Below, piece by piece: positions 35,628 to 46,191 of a stretch of 64,000 nt of DNA; the first letter of the stretch is position 1; each line of letters opens with the position of its first letter. The stretch is from the NCBI GenBank assembly GCA_964548275.1, contig CAZJQI010000008.1:14286-78285 (forward strand). Reading direction: 5' to 3'. This DNA comes from an uncultured Gemmatimonadales bacterium. Its GTDB lineage: Bacteria; Gemmatimonadota; Glassbacteria; GWA2-58-10. Below the pieces are notes generated by a model. The model did no database searches. It worked only from the letters and a program-made list of their open reading frames with translations, and was not told the DNA's origin. The position numbers and the translations under genes are program-made.

Positions 35628-38099
35628 TTGAATCCTGACGAGGCTGTGTATAAGCTCTCACCCGGCAGAAACCGGCTTCCCGCCCTGACCCTGGCGGCTC
35701 TTCTGGCACTGGGCATTTATTCAGCCCATCTTTCCGGATATCTCTGGGTTGTCCCGTCCATCCTTCTTGCAGCCTCTGTCATCCTTTATCTTTTTTTGCG
35801 ATCTCCCGGTTCGAGAGCGTACCTGGTTCAACTGTCCGTTTTTTCGCTCGTGGCTCTCTGCGGATTCTTTCTTTTTTACCTCCATAAACAAGAACGGCAG
35901 CACATCCTTTCCAAGCAGCCTTCGGTGGAGCGGCATGTCGGCCTGGCCGGGCACCTTCTCGGGCCGCCCTGGAAGACAAGGGCTTACGGCCTGGGCGACA
36001 GGCTGCATTTCCAGTTCCAGGTCGAGGCGCAGAGAGAAATCGGCAGCAGCGGATGGGAACAGGCGGGCTACCGCATTATTGTCACCGTACCTGACAGCCT
36101 GGGCCTGAGACTTTCCGGAAATGAAAGTCTTGCCTTTCCAGCCTTTTTGCAACAGGTGAGCGGGTACGCCAATCCCGGTGGATTCGACTGGAGAGAGTAT
36201 CTGGCGGCAAACTCGATCGTAGCCGAAGCTGTTATCGAGGCTCCAGGGGAGATTGAGCGTGTCTCGAGTTCAAGGTCATTGCTGTCAAGGCTTTTCAACC
36301 CCCGCCGTCTTGCGCTCGACCTTCGATCCCGCCTTTACGATTTCCACGAAAAGCTTTACCCCCCGGGCGGCGTGCGCGAGGTGGCCTCGGCGATGCTGAT
36401 CGGGGCCAGGCAGCAGGTGCCCCGCATCCTCCGGGATGATTTCGCCTCCAGCGGCACGATCCACGTACTGGTTGTATCCGGGCTTCATGTAGGTTTTATC
36501 GCAACAGTGGTTTACCTTTTATTCTCGCTTATCTCAGGCCGGGGCTGGACTACATCCCTGCTCTCGGTCGGGGCGGTGTTCCTTTTCGCCCTGACCAGCG
36601 GAGCCCGTCCCTCTGTGCTGCGGGCCTCGATCATGTGCGCATTTGTGCTGATGGCCCTGCCCCTTCAGCGAAGGAGGGTGGTGCTGAACAGCCTGGCAGC
36701 CGCATTCGCCATTTTACTGCTCTTTCGGCCGGACTGGCTATTCGATATCGGCTTTCAGCTTTCTTTCGCCGCAGTAAGCGGAATCGGGCTGCTCGTGCCT
36801 GGTCTGGAAGAGAGGTGTCATGCGAGAACCTGGTGGCAGAACCCGGTAAAGCGTTGGTTTGCTCGGCTCGTGCTGGCCAGTATCGCAGCCCAGCTTGCAA
36901 TAACACCCCTGGTCGCCTATTACTTTTTCCGCATCACGCCAATCGCTTTTATCGCCAACCTTTTCATGGTTCCTCTCGCAGGTATGGCTGTTGTTACGGG
37001 CTTTATTGCCGACCTGGCCGGGTTTGTCTGGCTGCCTCTGGCAAAAATCGCAGCAACACCGGCCGCACTGATTCTGAAAGCGATGATCTATCTGGCGCGT
37101 TTTTTCGCCGATCTTCCGGCAGCTTATTTCGATATTGCATCGCCCCGCGTTATGGATATTTTCTTTTTCTGGCTCGTGCTTTATGTGGGCTCAGTGATAC
37201 TAACCAGCCGGAGGAGGGCTGGCCGGCTGGTGCTGGTCTGCCTGCTCTGGGCGAACTTCCATCTCTGGGTGCCGTTTTTCGAAAACAGGACAGACGAACT
37301 TCTGGTGCGTTTTCTCGATCTAGGCCGGGCCCAGACGCCTGTACTCCACTTTCCCGGAGGGGTTACGATATTGGCTGATCCGGCAGGCAGAACGGGTTAC
37401 CGCTCCAGGGCCACCCGCGATGTTATCTCCCCATACCTTCTCAGACACAGCGGTAGGAAAATAGACTGGTTGCTTCTGCGGGGGAAACCTGATGCCCGTT
37501 ACAACTGGGCCTGGAATATATTGAACCGTTTCGAAGTGAACGGGATAATCATAACTGAGCCTGAGGATCCCACCCGATTTTTCGCCAGGTTTCTGAGCGT
37601 CTGCTCATCAAGAGGGGTTCCTGTTCGCCTGGCTACGATATCAGACACACTTCACCAGGGAAAAGCAGAATTGTTTTTCATCGGCGTACCCAGAACAGCC
37701 TTTGATGAGGCTGAGATCACGCGGAAAACAGATCCTGGCTTGATACCGGTTGTCAAACACAATGGACGAAGGTTCTTTCTTGCCGGTGCCCTATCAAGAG
37801 GCGAGGTGATCGAATTTAATGCCGGAACTGACGAGATCAGAGCGGATGTGCTGGAGTGGCCTGTCTCGCTCGCCGCCAGGGGAAGTGTAGATATCGCCAG
37901 CAGATTCAAAGAAATTGTCCGATCAGAATATGTAATCCAGCCTGTGAAAAACACTTACGGGGAATTGGATTATTACAGTTCAGATTTATCAGGCGTGAGT
38001 GAAAAATTCCGCCCTCTGGTTACTTCCCACTATGGCGCGGTGAGCTTCAGATCAAAGGAAGGGCTTCTGTGGCTGAGTACTGAGAGAGCTGGATTTTAG
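35628..38099 (+). CDS. comEC: ComEC/Rec2 DNA internalization competence protein
   Basis: TTG start after AAGGAGGG. N-terminal TM region, competence domain with multiple TM helices, C-terminal metallo-beta-lactamase-like region. 823 aa. Confidence 0.75.
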   Translation: MNPDEAVYKLSPGRNRLPALTLAALLALGIYSAHLSGYLWVVPSILLAASVILYLFLRSPGSRAYLVQLSVFSLVALCGFFLFYLHKQERQHILSKQPSVERHVGLAGHLLGPPWKTRAYGLGDRLHFQFQVEAQREIGSSGWEQAGYRIIVTVPDSLGLRLSGNESLAFPAFLQQVSGYANPGGFDWREYLAANSIVAEAVIEAPGEIERVSSSRSLLSRLFNPRRLALDLRSRLYDFHEKLYPPGGVREVASAMLIGARQQVPRILRDDFASSGTIHVLVVSGLHVGFIATVVYLLFSLISGRGWTTSLLSVGAVFLFALTSGARPSVLRASIMCAFVLMALPLQRRRVVLNSLAAAFAILLLFRPDWLFDIGFQLSFAAVSGIGLLVPGLEERCHARTWWQNPVKRWFARLVLASIAAQLAITPLVAYYFFRITPIAFIANLFMVPLAGMAVVTGFIADLAGFVWLPLAKIAATPAALILKAMIYLARFFADLPAAYFDIASPRVMDIFFFWLVLYVGSVILTSRRRAGRLVLVCLLWANFHLWVPFFENRTDELLVRFLDLGRAQTPVLHFPGGVTILADPAGRTGYRSRATRDVISPYLLRHSGRKIDWLLLRGKPDARYNWAWNILNRFEVNGIIITEPEDPTRFFARFLSVCSSRGVPVRLATISDTLHQGKAELFFIGVPRTAFDEAEITRKTDPGLIPVVKHNGRRFFLAGALSRGEVIEFNAGTDEIRADVLEWPVSLAARGSVDIASRFKEIVRSEYVIQPVKNTYGELDYYSSDLSGVSEKFRPLVTSHYGAVSFRSKEGLLWLSTERAGF

Positions 38100-38162
38100 A
38101 TGGGAATGCTTAAAATGTTCAGGTTTTCTTGGCAAGGAAAAGAAGCTGATCAGGTCCGGAAC

Positions 38163-39248
38163 TCAGACCTGGACGCTCTGGATCGTGATTTTGGTCTCTT
38201 TTGCCAGGTCTATCTCGTAAGGCTTTTCAATTTCCTTGCCAGCGGGTGTGGTGAGAACCCTGACCAGCGGGCGATCTATTTTCCGGGTATCATTGGTTAC
38301 CACAACAGCGGTTTCTCCGGTACTTAAAAGGACTGTACTTGCTGCAGGGTAGGGGGCAATGTTATTGATAAAGTGATCCAGGCATACCGGGTCGAAATGG
38401 GTACCCCGGCCCAGTTTCAGGTATTCGAGACCCACCAGCGGAGGAAGCCTTCTTTTATAACTGCGGTCAGAGGTGAGCGAGTCGTAAACATCGGCCAGGG
38501 CGGTATAGCGGCTCCAGATATGGGTTTTTTCTCCAACCAGGGAATTGGGATAACCGGTGCCGTTGTAATACTCATGGTGCTGAAGAGCCACACTGGCGAT
38601 GAGCGGTTTCATACTGGATTTATGTAGGAGGATTTCGTAGCCGATCGAGGTATGCCTCCTCATCCGTGCAAATTCATCCGGGTTAAGCCTGCCTTTTTTC
38701 TGGACTATTTCTATTGGAATGTGCGCCTTGCCGATATCCGAAAGCAGGGCTGCCATGGCCATATCGCGCAGTTCCAGCGTGGTGAACTTGCCGACATTCA
38801 CTGCTGTCAACACGGTTAGCACGGATACATTGACAGAGTGCATGAAAGTATAGTTGTCGAAACTTTTCAGATCGATCAGATCCATGATCTGGTCACCGGC
38901 GCTGACCAGGTCATCAACGATCTTGTCTGCCACGCTGGAGACCCTTGTCCGGTCGAGTGCAACCTTGTCCGACCTGGTACCGCTTTCGCGAATCAAATCG
39001 AAAGTTTCCGAGATCGTAGATACGGCCTCCATCCGTGTCTTATCGGAAATGACATCATTTACCTCGATATCCTCGTATCCCTTCTCATGGACATAGACCG
39101 AGGTATAGCCCATTTCTTTCAGACGCCTGATATAACGGGCTGATACAGCTACTCCGGCTCCGAGTAAAAGGGTCCCTTTCTCGTTGTAGATGGGCCTTCC
39201 TAACTCTTTCCCAGGCTCTAGAGAATCGAGAGATATCAGTTTCATCAA
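38163..39248 (-). CDS. HD-GYP domain c-di-GMP phosphodiesterase
   Basis: HD motif (LLSDIGKAHIP) and HHEYYNGTGYP (HD-GYP signature). Confidence 0.8.
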   Translation of the reverse strand: MMKLISLDSLEPGKELGRPIYNEKGTLLLGAGVAVSARYIRRLKEMGYTSVYVHEKGYEDIEVNDVISDKTRMEAVSTISETFDLIRESGTRSDKVALDRTRVSSVADKIVDDLVSAGDQIMDLIDLKSFDNYTFMHSVNVSVLTVLTAVNVGKFTTLELRDMAMAALLSDIGKAHIPIEIVQKKGRLNPDEFARMRRHTSIGYEILLHKSSMKPLIASVALQHHEYYNGTGYPNSLVGEKTHIWSRYTALADVYDSLTSDRSYKRRLPPLVGLEYLKLGRGTHFDPVCLDHFINNIAPYPAASTVLLSTGETAVVVTNDTRKIDRPLVRVLTTPAGKEIEKPYEIDLAKETKITIQSVQV

Positions 39249-39451
39249 CCTGCCCCTTGGAGAAGAATTATTAAATTCTATTTTTTTTCTTGCTCTTTGT
39301 CAAGCACCAACAGCCTATAGTTTTTGATAACCCCTGTTTTTGGCCCTTTTGGTGAATTTTTTCTCGATTTCCCATTTTTATTTGTTCTGCAATCGCTCAA
39401 CATTTATATTTCATTATTTGAAAAATATTCGATTCCAACGGGAGAAAGCCC

Positions 39452-41314
39452 ATGCCCGCTACTATCCGTCTGTTAGATGAAAATACCAAGAACCTGATCG
39501 CCGCCGGGGAGGTTATCGAGCGTCCGGCCTCGGTGGTAAAGGAACTGATTGAAAACTCCCTCGACTCAGGCGCACGCAGGATCACGATCGAATGCGAGGG
39601 GGCGGGCAGCCGCTTGATAAGGGTTATCGACGACGGCTGCGGGATGGGGCCTGAGGATGCAGAACTGGCGTTATGCCGCCATGCGACAAGCAAGATCGAC
39701 TCCGCGGACGATCTGAAAAATATCGCAACCATGGGCTTTCGAGGTGAGGCACTGCCTAGTATCTCCGCGGTGAGCAGGTTTGAACTGGAAACCTGCAGCC
39801 GGGATGATCCCTGCGGCAGTTTACTGATTGTCGAGGGCGGTAAGACTGTTGAGATCTCCGCTACCTCTCGCGCTCCCGGAACCATGGCTACAGTGCGCAA
39901 TCTTTTTTTCAATGTGCCGGCCAGGCGCAAGTTTCTTAAAAGCGATCAGACAGAGCTGCGCCATATCGTCCGGGTTGTTACAAGTATCGCAATCGCCCAG
40001 ATCGAGACCGCATTCAAGCTGACTCACGAGGGCAGGGAAATCTTTTCTGTACCTGCCTGCGATTCTGTAGCTGATCGCGTGGAGGAAATCTACGGCAAAA
40101 GGAGCCAGGGTAAGTACCTGCCGGTAATTTACGAGCGCGGAGATTTCGTGGTTGGCGGGCTGATAGCCACCCCGGACTCGGTTTCTGGCACCCGGCCCGA
40201 ACAGTACATGTTTATCAACAGACGCCCCTTTCACAGCCGTGCGGCGGCCCATGCGGTCCGCCAGGGATACCAGAGCACGATCCCGGATTCGGCACAGCCT
40301 TCTTTTTTCCTCTTTCTCACCATGGACCCAGCCGAAATCGATATAAACGTGCATCCAGCAAAGCTCGAGGTGCGTTTCCGCGATGAGGGATTGGTCTATT
40401 CCATGGTACACAAGGCAGTCCAGGAGGGATTGCGCCGGGAGGGAGCCATACCTGAACTCGAGTCAAGCGTTGGTGGTAAACTCATCTCCCTGAGCCCTTT
40501 AGTCACTTCGCGGCCAGGCGGCACAAAACTCCGGGGCAGGATCAATGACAGCGGGCTCGCTTCGGCAAGAAAGGCCGGCGCTTACCAGACCTCCTTTCTG
40601 ATACCGCTGTCTCGCCCCTTCTCAGCTCGTGGCCCAACCACGGATCAAGAAAAAGGCCTTTTCCCCGAAACCATGGCTGAAGAGGAAACAAAAAAGGGCG
40701 CCGATCAAGTTGAAAAAGCTGCGGAATCAATTCCTGTTGATGCTGCGCTGCCATCGATCTGGCAGCTTCACAACCGTTATATTTTTGTCGAGACCAAAAC
40801 AGGCTGTCTGGTTATCGACCAGCATGCGGCACACGAAAGAATACTCTTCGACAAGATAATGGACGATTTAAAAGACAAGCGGATCACCAGGCAGCGGCTT
40901 CTTTTTCCTGTCACCTTGCAGTTAACACCGGAAGAGCACGTGGCGGTAGAGGAGTTCAGGGCGATTCTGGAGCAGGCCGGGTTTGAAGTTGAGCAGTTCA
41001 GCGGACGTACGATTGTCGTACGCTCAGTGCCAACCCTGGAAAACCTGGGCAGCGTGGAGAATTTTTTCCGTGAGCTTTTACAGGACCTGGTCAGGGAGGG
41101 CCAGGGTTCCACCAGCACTCGCCATCAGACCTTGGCCCGCTCTCTGGCCTGCCGAGCAGCGATTAAAGCCGGCAAGGAACTTTCCATGCGCGAAATAAAC
41201 GAGCTTATCGACCAGCTTTTCGCCACTCAACTGCCATACGCTGATGTTCACGGACGCAACACGATAGTAGGGCTCACTCTGGAGGAACTCGACAAGAGGT
41301 TTGGCAGAAGTTGA
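39452..41314 (+). CDS. mutL: DNA mismatch repair protein MutL
   Basis: N-terminal GHKL ATPase IRLLDENTKNLIAAGEVIERPASVVKELIENSLDSGA. C-terminal dimerisation domain. Confidence 0.9.
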   Translation: MPATIRLLDENTKNLIAAGEVIERPASVVKELIENSLDSGARRITIECEGAGSRLIRVIDDGCGMGPEDAELALCRHATSKIDSADDLKNIATMGFRGEALPSISAVSRFELETCSRDDPCGSLLIVEGGKTVEISATSRAPGTMATVRNLFFNVPARRKFLKSDQTELRHIVRVVTSIAIAQIETAFKLTHEGREIFSVPACDSVADRVEEIYGKRSQGKYLPVIYERGDFVVGGLIATPDSVSGTRPEQYMFINRRPFHSRAAAHAVRQGYQSTIPDSAQPSFFLFLTMDPAEIDINVHPAKLEVRFRDEGLVYSMVHKAVQEGLRREGAIPELESSVGGKLISLSPLVTSRPGGTKLRGRINDSGLASARKAGAYQTSFLIPLSRPFSARGPTTDQEKGLFPETMAEEETKKGADQVEKAAESIPVDAALPSIWQLHNRYIFVETKTGCLVIDQHAAHERILFDKIMDDLKDKRITRQRLLFPVTLQLTPEEHVAVEEFRAILEQAGFEVEQFSGRTIVVRSVPTLENLGSVENFFRELLQDLVREGQGSTSTRHQTLARSLACRAAIKAGKELSMREINELIDQLFATQLPYADVHGRNTIVGLTLEELDKRFGRS

Positions 41315-42240
41315 TCCCGATCCTGATAGTGGCCGGTCCGACTGCCTCCGGGAAATCGAAGCTCGCAGTGGAGCTTGCCCGGAAGTTGGACGGCGAAATA
41401 ATCTCGGCCGATTCGCGCCAGATCTACAGAGGTCTTGATGCGGGAACGGTCAAACCATCAAAGGAAGAGCGGGCACGGGTGAGACACCACCTGATCGATA
41501 TTATCGATCCGGTGGAGAAATACAATGCCGGAAGATTCGCTCGCGATGCCGCCGGGGTAATCGAAAAGCTGGTTAACGAAAGAAAGACACCGATAGTATG
41601 CGGTGGAACGGGATTCTACATCCAGGCGCTGGTTCGACCGTTTTTCTCTGAACCCGAATCCTTGGATCGGAGAAAAGAGAAGGTGCGTCTCAGGCTGAAA
41701 GAAATGTATGAAAAAAAAGGAGCGGAAGCCCTTCATGGAGAACTGGCCGAACTGGACCCGGAGAGCGCAGCAAGGCTTCACCCCAACGATTTCCAGCGTG
41801 TAAGCCGAGCCCTGGAACTCTATTACCTTTCGGGCCGGACAATGACCCAGCTTCTATCCGAGCCCAAGGCCGAAAGTCCTTATATGCCTTTCACGATCCT
41901 TCTCGATCCGCAGGCTGACCAGTTGAAAGAAGCTATTCACTTCAGAAGTAAAAGATTGTTCAACTCCGGCTGGCCTGAGGAAGTAAGAGCTTTGTTAGCC
42001 TCTGGAGTCCGCCCCGACGCTCCTGGACTGCAAAGCCTTGGCTACAACGAAGTTATAGACCTGGTAAAGGGCAAAGTAGGCCGGAAAGAGACCCTGGAGA
42101 AAATTATCAGAAAAACCTGGCAGTACGCCCGCCGCCAGCGTAGCTGGTTCAAGGTTCGGCATGCTGAGATGAATGTTGATCCGAAAAATCTCGCTCCCGA
42201 GGAGATAATCTCTCTGTGGAGCGCTCATTGCTCACGATAA
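41311..42240 (+). CDS. miaA: tRNA dimethylallyltransferase MiaA
   Basis: P-loop IVAGPTASGKS, then DSRQIYRGLDAGTVKPS. TTG start overlaps the mutL stop. Confidence 0.9.
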   Translation: MIPILIVAGPTASGKSKLAVELARKLDGEIISADSRQIYRGLDAGTVKPSKEERARVRHHLIDIIDPVEKYNAGRFARDAAGVIEKLVNERKTPIVCGGTGFYIQALVRPFFSEPESLDRRKEKVRLRLKEMYEKKGAEALHGELAELDPESAARLHPNDFQRVSRALELYYLSGRTMTQLLSEPKAESPYMPFTILLDPQADQLKEAIHFRSKRLFNSGWPEEVRALLASGVRPDAPGLQSLGYNEVIDLVKGKVGRKETLEKIIRKTWQYARRQRSWFKVRHAEMNVDPKNLAPEEIISLWSAHCSR

Positions 42241-42258
42241 ATAAGACTACAGGAAGTT

Positions 42259-43407
42259 ATGCCTTCAGCGAAAAAAAATCTGAAAATAGGAATCACCTGC
42301 TACCCGACATTCGGGGGCAGCGGAGTTCTGGCCACAGAACTCGGTAAACAGTTGGCCCAGCACGGCCATGAAATACACATTATTTCCTACGCCCTGCCAT
42401 ACAGGCTAAAAGGCTTTTACAGCAACGTTTTTTTTCATGAAGTGCAGGTTTCCGCTTACCCGCTGTTCGAGTACCAGCCTTATACCTTGTCCCTGGCAGT
42501 GAAAATGCACGATGTCGCGCTGGAATACGGCCTTGACCTTCTTCACGTACATTATGCGATCCCGCATGCCACAAGCGCCTGGATTGTCAAAGAGATGCTG
42601 GGCAAGAACCACCCGATAAAGGTAATTACAACTCTCCACGGTACTGACATCACTCTTGTCGGCCGGGAAGAGAGTTTCAGGTCGATTACCCGGTTCAGTA
42701 TAGATAAATCAGACGGGGTGACTGCGGTAAGCCGCTATCTTTACCGGCAAACAGTTGAGGAGCTTAAAGTAAACAAGCAGATCGAGATCATTCCGAATTT
42801 CGTGGATACGGAACTTTTCAAGCACGTGGATGAGCACGACTGCACCCGCTCCATGCTTGCCCAGCCGGACGAAAGGATAATCATGCATATTTCGAACATG
42901 AGGCCGGTGAAAAGGCTGCCGGATGTTATCCGGGTTTTTGCTAATGTTGCAAAAAAAGTGAAAGTGCGGCTGATATTGATTGGTGACGGCCCTGACCGGG
43001 CAGGAGCGCACAAGCTTGCCGAGGAACTGGGAGTAAGTGACCGGGTGGTGTTTCTTGGCGCTCAGGAATCGATTGCCAGCCTGCTTAATTGCGCAGATAT
43101 CGCTTTGCAGCCAAGCGCCTTGGAAAGTTTCGGTCTGTCAATCCTGGAGGCTCTTTCTGTTGGTGCGCCGGTTATCAGTACACGCTGCGGCGGTCCTGAA
43201 GAGGTGGTCGTCCACGGTGAATGCGGTTATCTTTCAGAAATCGGGGATGTGGAGGATATGAGCAGAAACTGTCTTCGTCTTCTTAAAGACCAGAAACTGT
43301 ATAACGAGTTCAGCAAAAAGGCCAGGCAGCGCGCGGTGGAAAATTATGAGATCCAGAAAATAACCCGGCGCTATGAAGATTTTTATTACAACGTGCTTGG
43401 CTGCTGA
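42259..43407 (+). CDS. bshA: Bacillithiol biosynthesis glycosyltransferase BshA (GT4, N-acetyl-alpha-D-glucosaminyl L-malate synthase)
   Basis: KIGITCYPTFGGSGVLATELGKQLAQHGHEIHIIS ... LLHVHYAIPHA ... TTLHGTDIT matches the BshA N-terminus closely. Overall GT4 architecture. Confidence 0.85.
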   Translation: MPSAKKNLKIGITCYPTFGGSGVLATELGKQLAQHGHEIHIISYALPYRLKGFYSNVFFHEVQVSAYPLFEYQPYTLSLAVKMHDVALEYGLDLLHVHYAIPHATSAWIVKEMLGKNHPIKVITTLHGTDITLVGREESFRSITRFSIDKSDGVTAVSRYLYRQTVEELKVNKQIEIIPNFVDTELFKHVDEHDCTRSMLAQPDERIIMHISNMRPVKRLPDVIRVFANVAKKVKVRLILIGDGPDRAGAHKLAEELGVSDRVVFLGAQESIASLLNCADIALQPSALESFGLSILEALSVGAPVISTRCGGPEEVVVHGECGYLSEIGDVEDMSRNCLRLLKDQKLYNEFSKKARQRAVENYEIQKITRRYEDFYYNVLGC

Positions 43408-43453
43408 AGTTCTCTCAACTGGCCCGGGACGAATTTAACTTCTGGAGAACTGT

Positions 43454-44311
43454 TTGGAATTAAGCGAACAAACCAAGGAACTAATCAGCAAAGCATTAGC
43501 TGAAGATATCGGTAGCGGCGACTACACCACGTTGTGGTCCGTGCCTGGTGATCATAGAACTACGGCCAGGATTATCGCTCGGGGCACTGGAATTGTCGCC
43601 GGCATGCCGGTGGCCAAGTATCTTGTCACGCGGTTCGACCCGGAACCGGTCCTGGAATCGGCGACCCCGGACGGCCAGATAACAACTGCCGGGCAGGTGG
43701 TGATAGAGCTGACAGGTTTGACCAGACATCTTCTGAGCATTGAGCGTTCCCTGCTCAATTTTCTTCAACGGCTCTCCGGTATTGCCACCCTGACCCGCAG
43801 GTTTGTCGACAGGGTCGAAGGCACAGGTGTGAAAATCCTCGATACACGCAAAACCACTCCCGGTTTGAGAGAACTCGAAAAGTATGCTGTGAGAGTTGGT
43901 GGCGGTTTCAACCACCGCCTCGGACTCTACGATTACGTGTTGCTCAAGGAAAACCATATCTCCGCCGCAGGAGGAATTACTAAGGCTGTCCAGGCGGTGA
44001 AAAAGGCGAATCACCGGAACCTGCCGGTCGAGGTCGAGACCTGCACACTGGATGAAGTGCGCGAAGCGTTGAAAGCAGGGGTTTCGCGGATCATGCTTGA
44101 TAACATGACAGTGGAGCAGATGAAAGTTGCGGTGGAGCTTATCCGCAACATCGATGCCCGCCCTGTCCCGGAGATAGAGGCCAGCGGCGACATTAATTTA
44201 AAAACCGTCATGGAGGTAGCCGCAACCGGGGTGGATTTTATTTCAGTCGGTACGTTGACCCACTCCGCGCCTGTGCTGAACTTAACCATGATTATTGAGC
44301 CCGGCCTGTAA
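43454..44311 (+). CDS. nadC: Nicotinate-nucleotide pyrophosphorylase (carboxylating) NadC
   Basis: ALAEDIGSGDYTT, LDTRKTTPGLR, LLKENH motifs. Confidence 0.85.
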   Translation: MELSEQTKELISKALAEDIGSGDYTTLWSVPGDHRTTARIIARGTGIVAGMPVAKYLVTRFDPEPVLESATPDGQITTAGQVVIELTGLTRHLLSIERSLLNFLQRLSGIATLTRRFVDRVEGTGVKILDTRKTTPGLRELEKYAVRVGGGFNHRLGLYDYVLLKENHISAAGGITKAVQAVKKANHRNLPVEVETCTLDEVREALKAGVSRIMLDNMTVEQMKVAVELIRNIDARPVPEIEASGDINLKTVMEVAATGVDFISVGTLTHSAPVLNLTMIIEPGL

Positions 44312-44337
44312 TCTGCAGGCAGAAAGGCTCGCCGACC

Positions 44338-45378
44338 ATGTTTGCATACTGCCTTGAAAAAAAGCTTATCGAAATTTTTAAAAATAACAGGCACCGATAC
44401 CTGGATGAAAAGACCCTGTTGAAAGAGTTCGGCCTGGCCGAGGAGCTGAACGTTGACACTGAAAGTGATCAGGACTTGGAGCGAACAATCGATATCCTCA
44501 GGCTTCAGGGCTACGAAATCGATGGAGACCTGACAAGGGGCTGGATCCTGATCAGCCTGCCGCCGGACAGCCTGAATTACTTTGAGCTGGAAAGCGCCCT
44601 TAAAACGACTTTCCTGGGCAAATGCCTCTTTACCTACCGGATTATCGGCTCCACAAACGCGACTGCCAAAATGCTGGCTGAAACCGGTGCTCCGGATGGG
44701 TCGCTGCTCGTGGCAGAGGAGCAACGGCAGGGCAGGGGGCGTTTCGGAAACTCGTGGCACTCACCGGCAGGAGGGGGTATCTGGGCCAGCCTTATCCTGC
44801 GTCCGGGAATCAAGCCCGCGCAATTAGGCAGCCTGGTTTTGCTGGCGTCATTGAGTATCTGCCTTGCAATTGAGGAGCGTACCGGTTTCAAGCCGCGGAT
44901 CAAGTGGCCCAACGATCTTTACCTCAACGACAGGAAGCTGGGCGGCGTGCTCTGTGAGGCAGACTGGGTTGGCAGCGAACTGAAATACGTTATTCTCGGT
45001 TTCGGGGTTAACGTAAATATAAAGCGTTTCCCTGCTGAACTCGAAAATTCCGCCACTTCGTTATTGCTTGCCGCTAAGGGAAAGAAAGTTTACCGGATCG
45101 GTCTTCTGGCCGAAATCATGGACAGGCTCGAAGAAGGGTATTTCCAGTTCCTGGCCGATGGATTCGCTTCATTTCTTCCCAGGGTGCAGGTGCGAGACTA
45201 TCTGCGCAACCGAACAGTCGAGATAGAACTCGACAATAGCGAAACCGTGGGAGGTATTGCCAGGGGAATTGACGAGCGCGGCGCTCTTCTTCTCGAAACC
45301 CCGGGCGGGCAGCGCTTTGTGAAAATCACCCAGGGCCGTGTTCTGCACTGGAAAGGCTCTGAAATTCAAACCGGATAA
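44338..45378 (+). CDS. birA: Biotin--[acetyl-CoA-carboxylase] ligase / repressor BirA
   Basis: N-terminal HTH, then GRGRFGNSWHSPAGGGIW (biotin-binding GRGRxG motif) and KWPNDLYLNDRKLGGVL. Confidence 0.85.
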   Translation: MFAYCLEKKLIEIFKNNRHRYLDEKTLLKEFGLAEELNVDTESDQDLERTIDILRLQGYEIDGDLTRGWILISLPPDSLNYFELESALKTTFLGKCLFTYRIIGSTNATAKMLAETGAPDGSLLVAEEQRQGRGRFGNSWHSPAGGGIWASLILRPGIKPAQLGSLVLLASLSICLAIEERTGFKPRIKWPNDLYLNDRKLGGVLCEADWVGSELKYVILGFGVNVNIKRFPAELENSATSLLLAAKGKKVYRIGLLAEIMDRLEEGYFQFLADGFASFLPRVQVRDYLRNRTVEIELDNSETVGGIARGIDERGALLLETPGGQRFVKITQGRVLHWKGSEIQTG

Positions 45379-45395
45379 TTAAAAATGGTGGGAAA

Positions 45396-46166
45396 ATGAT
45401 CCTCGCTTTTGATATCGGCAATACGCATATCGTGATGGGACTTTATCAAGGCATGAAGCTGATTCACCACTGGCGGTTCGACAGCAAAATCGACCGAACT
45501 GTGGATGATTACGGCCATCTCGTGCTATACATGCTTGAACGTGTGTCCAAAGTAAATAAGGTAAAGGGAGTGGTGATCGGATCGGTGGTGCCCATGCTGA
45601 CTTATGTGTTCGAGAAACTCTCTCGCCGCTACTTTAAAGTAAATCCGCGGCTGGTGGACGGAAAAGCTGATCTTGGGATAACTTACGAGGTCAATTCTCC
45701 ACATGAACTTATCGGTTCGGACCGTATCGCAAATGCCCTGGCAGTCAGGGAGCGCTATCACGAGAACTGCATCGTGGTGGATGTGGGCACAGCCACTACT
45801 TTCGATCTGATCTCTGCGAAAGGAGCCTACCTCGGCGGTGTAATCGCACCCGGAATCAGAACCTGTGCCGAAGCCCTGATAGAAAAAGCAGCAATGCTTT
45901 CCAGAGTGGAAATCGAAGCCCCGGCCAAGGTGATCGGCAAGGATACGAAAACCATGATGCAATCGGGGATATTTTACGGGGCAATCTGCCAGATCGATGG
46001 TATAGTGGAAAGGTTAAAGCAGGAATGGGGTGTCGGGTGCAAAGTCATCGCCACCGGCGGGTTTGTCAGCATGATTGCTAAATTCAGCCGCCAGATTGAC
46101 ACAGTTGATCCAAACCTCACTCTCGACGGTTTGCGAATCGCGTTCGACAAACTGGCAAAAAAGTAA
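45396..46166 (+). CDS. coaX: Type III pantothenate kinase CoaX
   Basis: MILAFDIGNTHIVMGLY ... VDVGTATTFD ... GGV motifs. Lies downstream of birA, the usual synteny. Confidence 0.85.
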   Translation: MILAFDIGNTHIVMGLYQGMKLIHHWRFDSKIDRTVDDYGHLVLYMLERVSKVNKVKGVVIGSVVPMLTYVFEKLSRRYFKVNPRLVDGKADLGITYEVNSPHELIGSDRIANALAVRERYHENCIVVDVGTATTFDLISAKGAYLGGVIAPGIRTCAEALIEKAAMLSRVEIEAPAKVIGKDTKTMMQSGIFYGAICQIDGIVERLKQEWGVGCKVIATGGFVSMIAKFSRQIDTVDPNLTLDGLRIAFDKLAKK

Positions 46167-46191
46167 CTGTTTCGTCCTTTACTTTGGTTTC

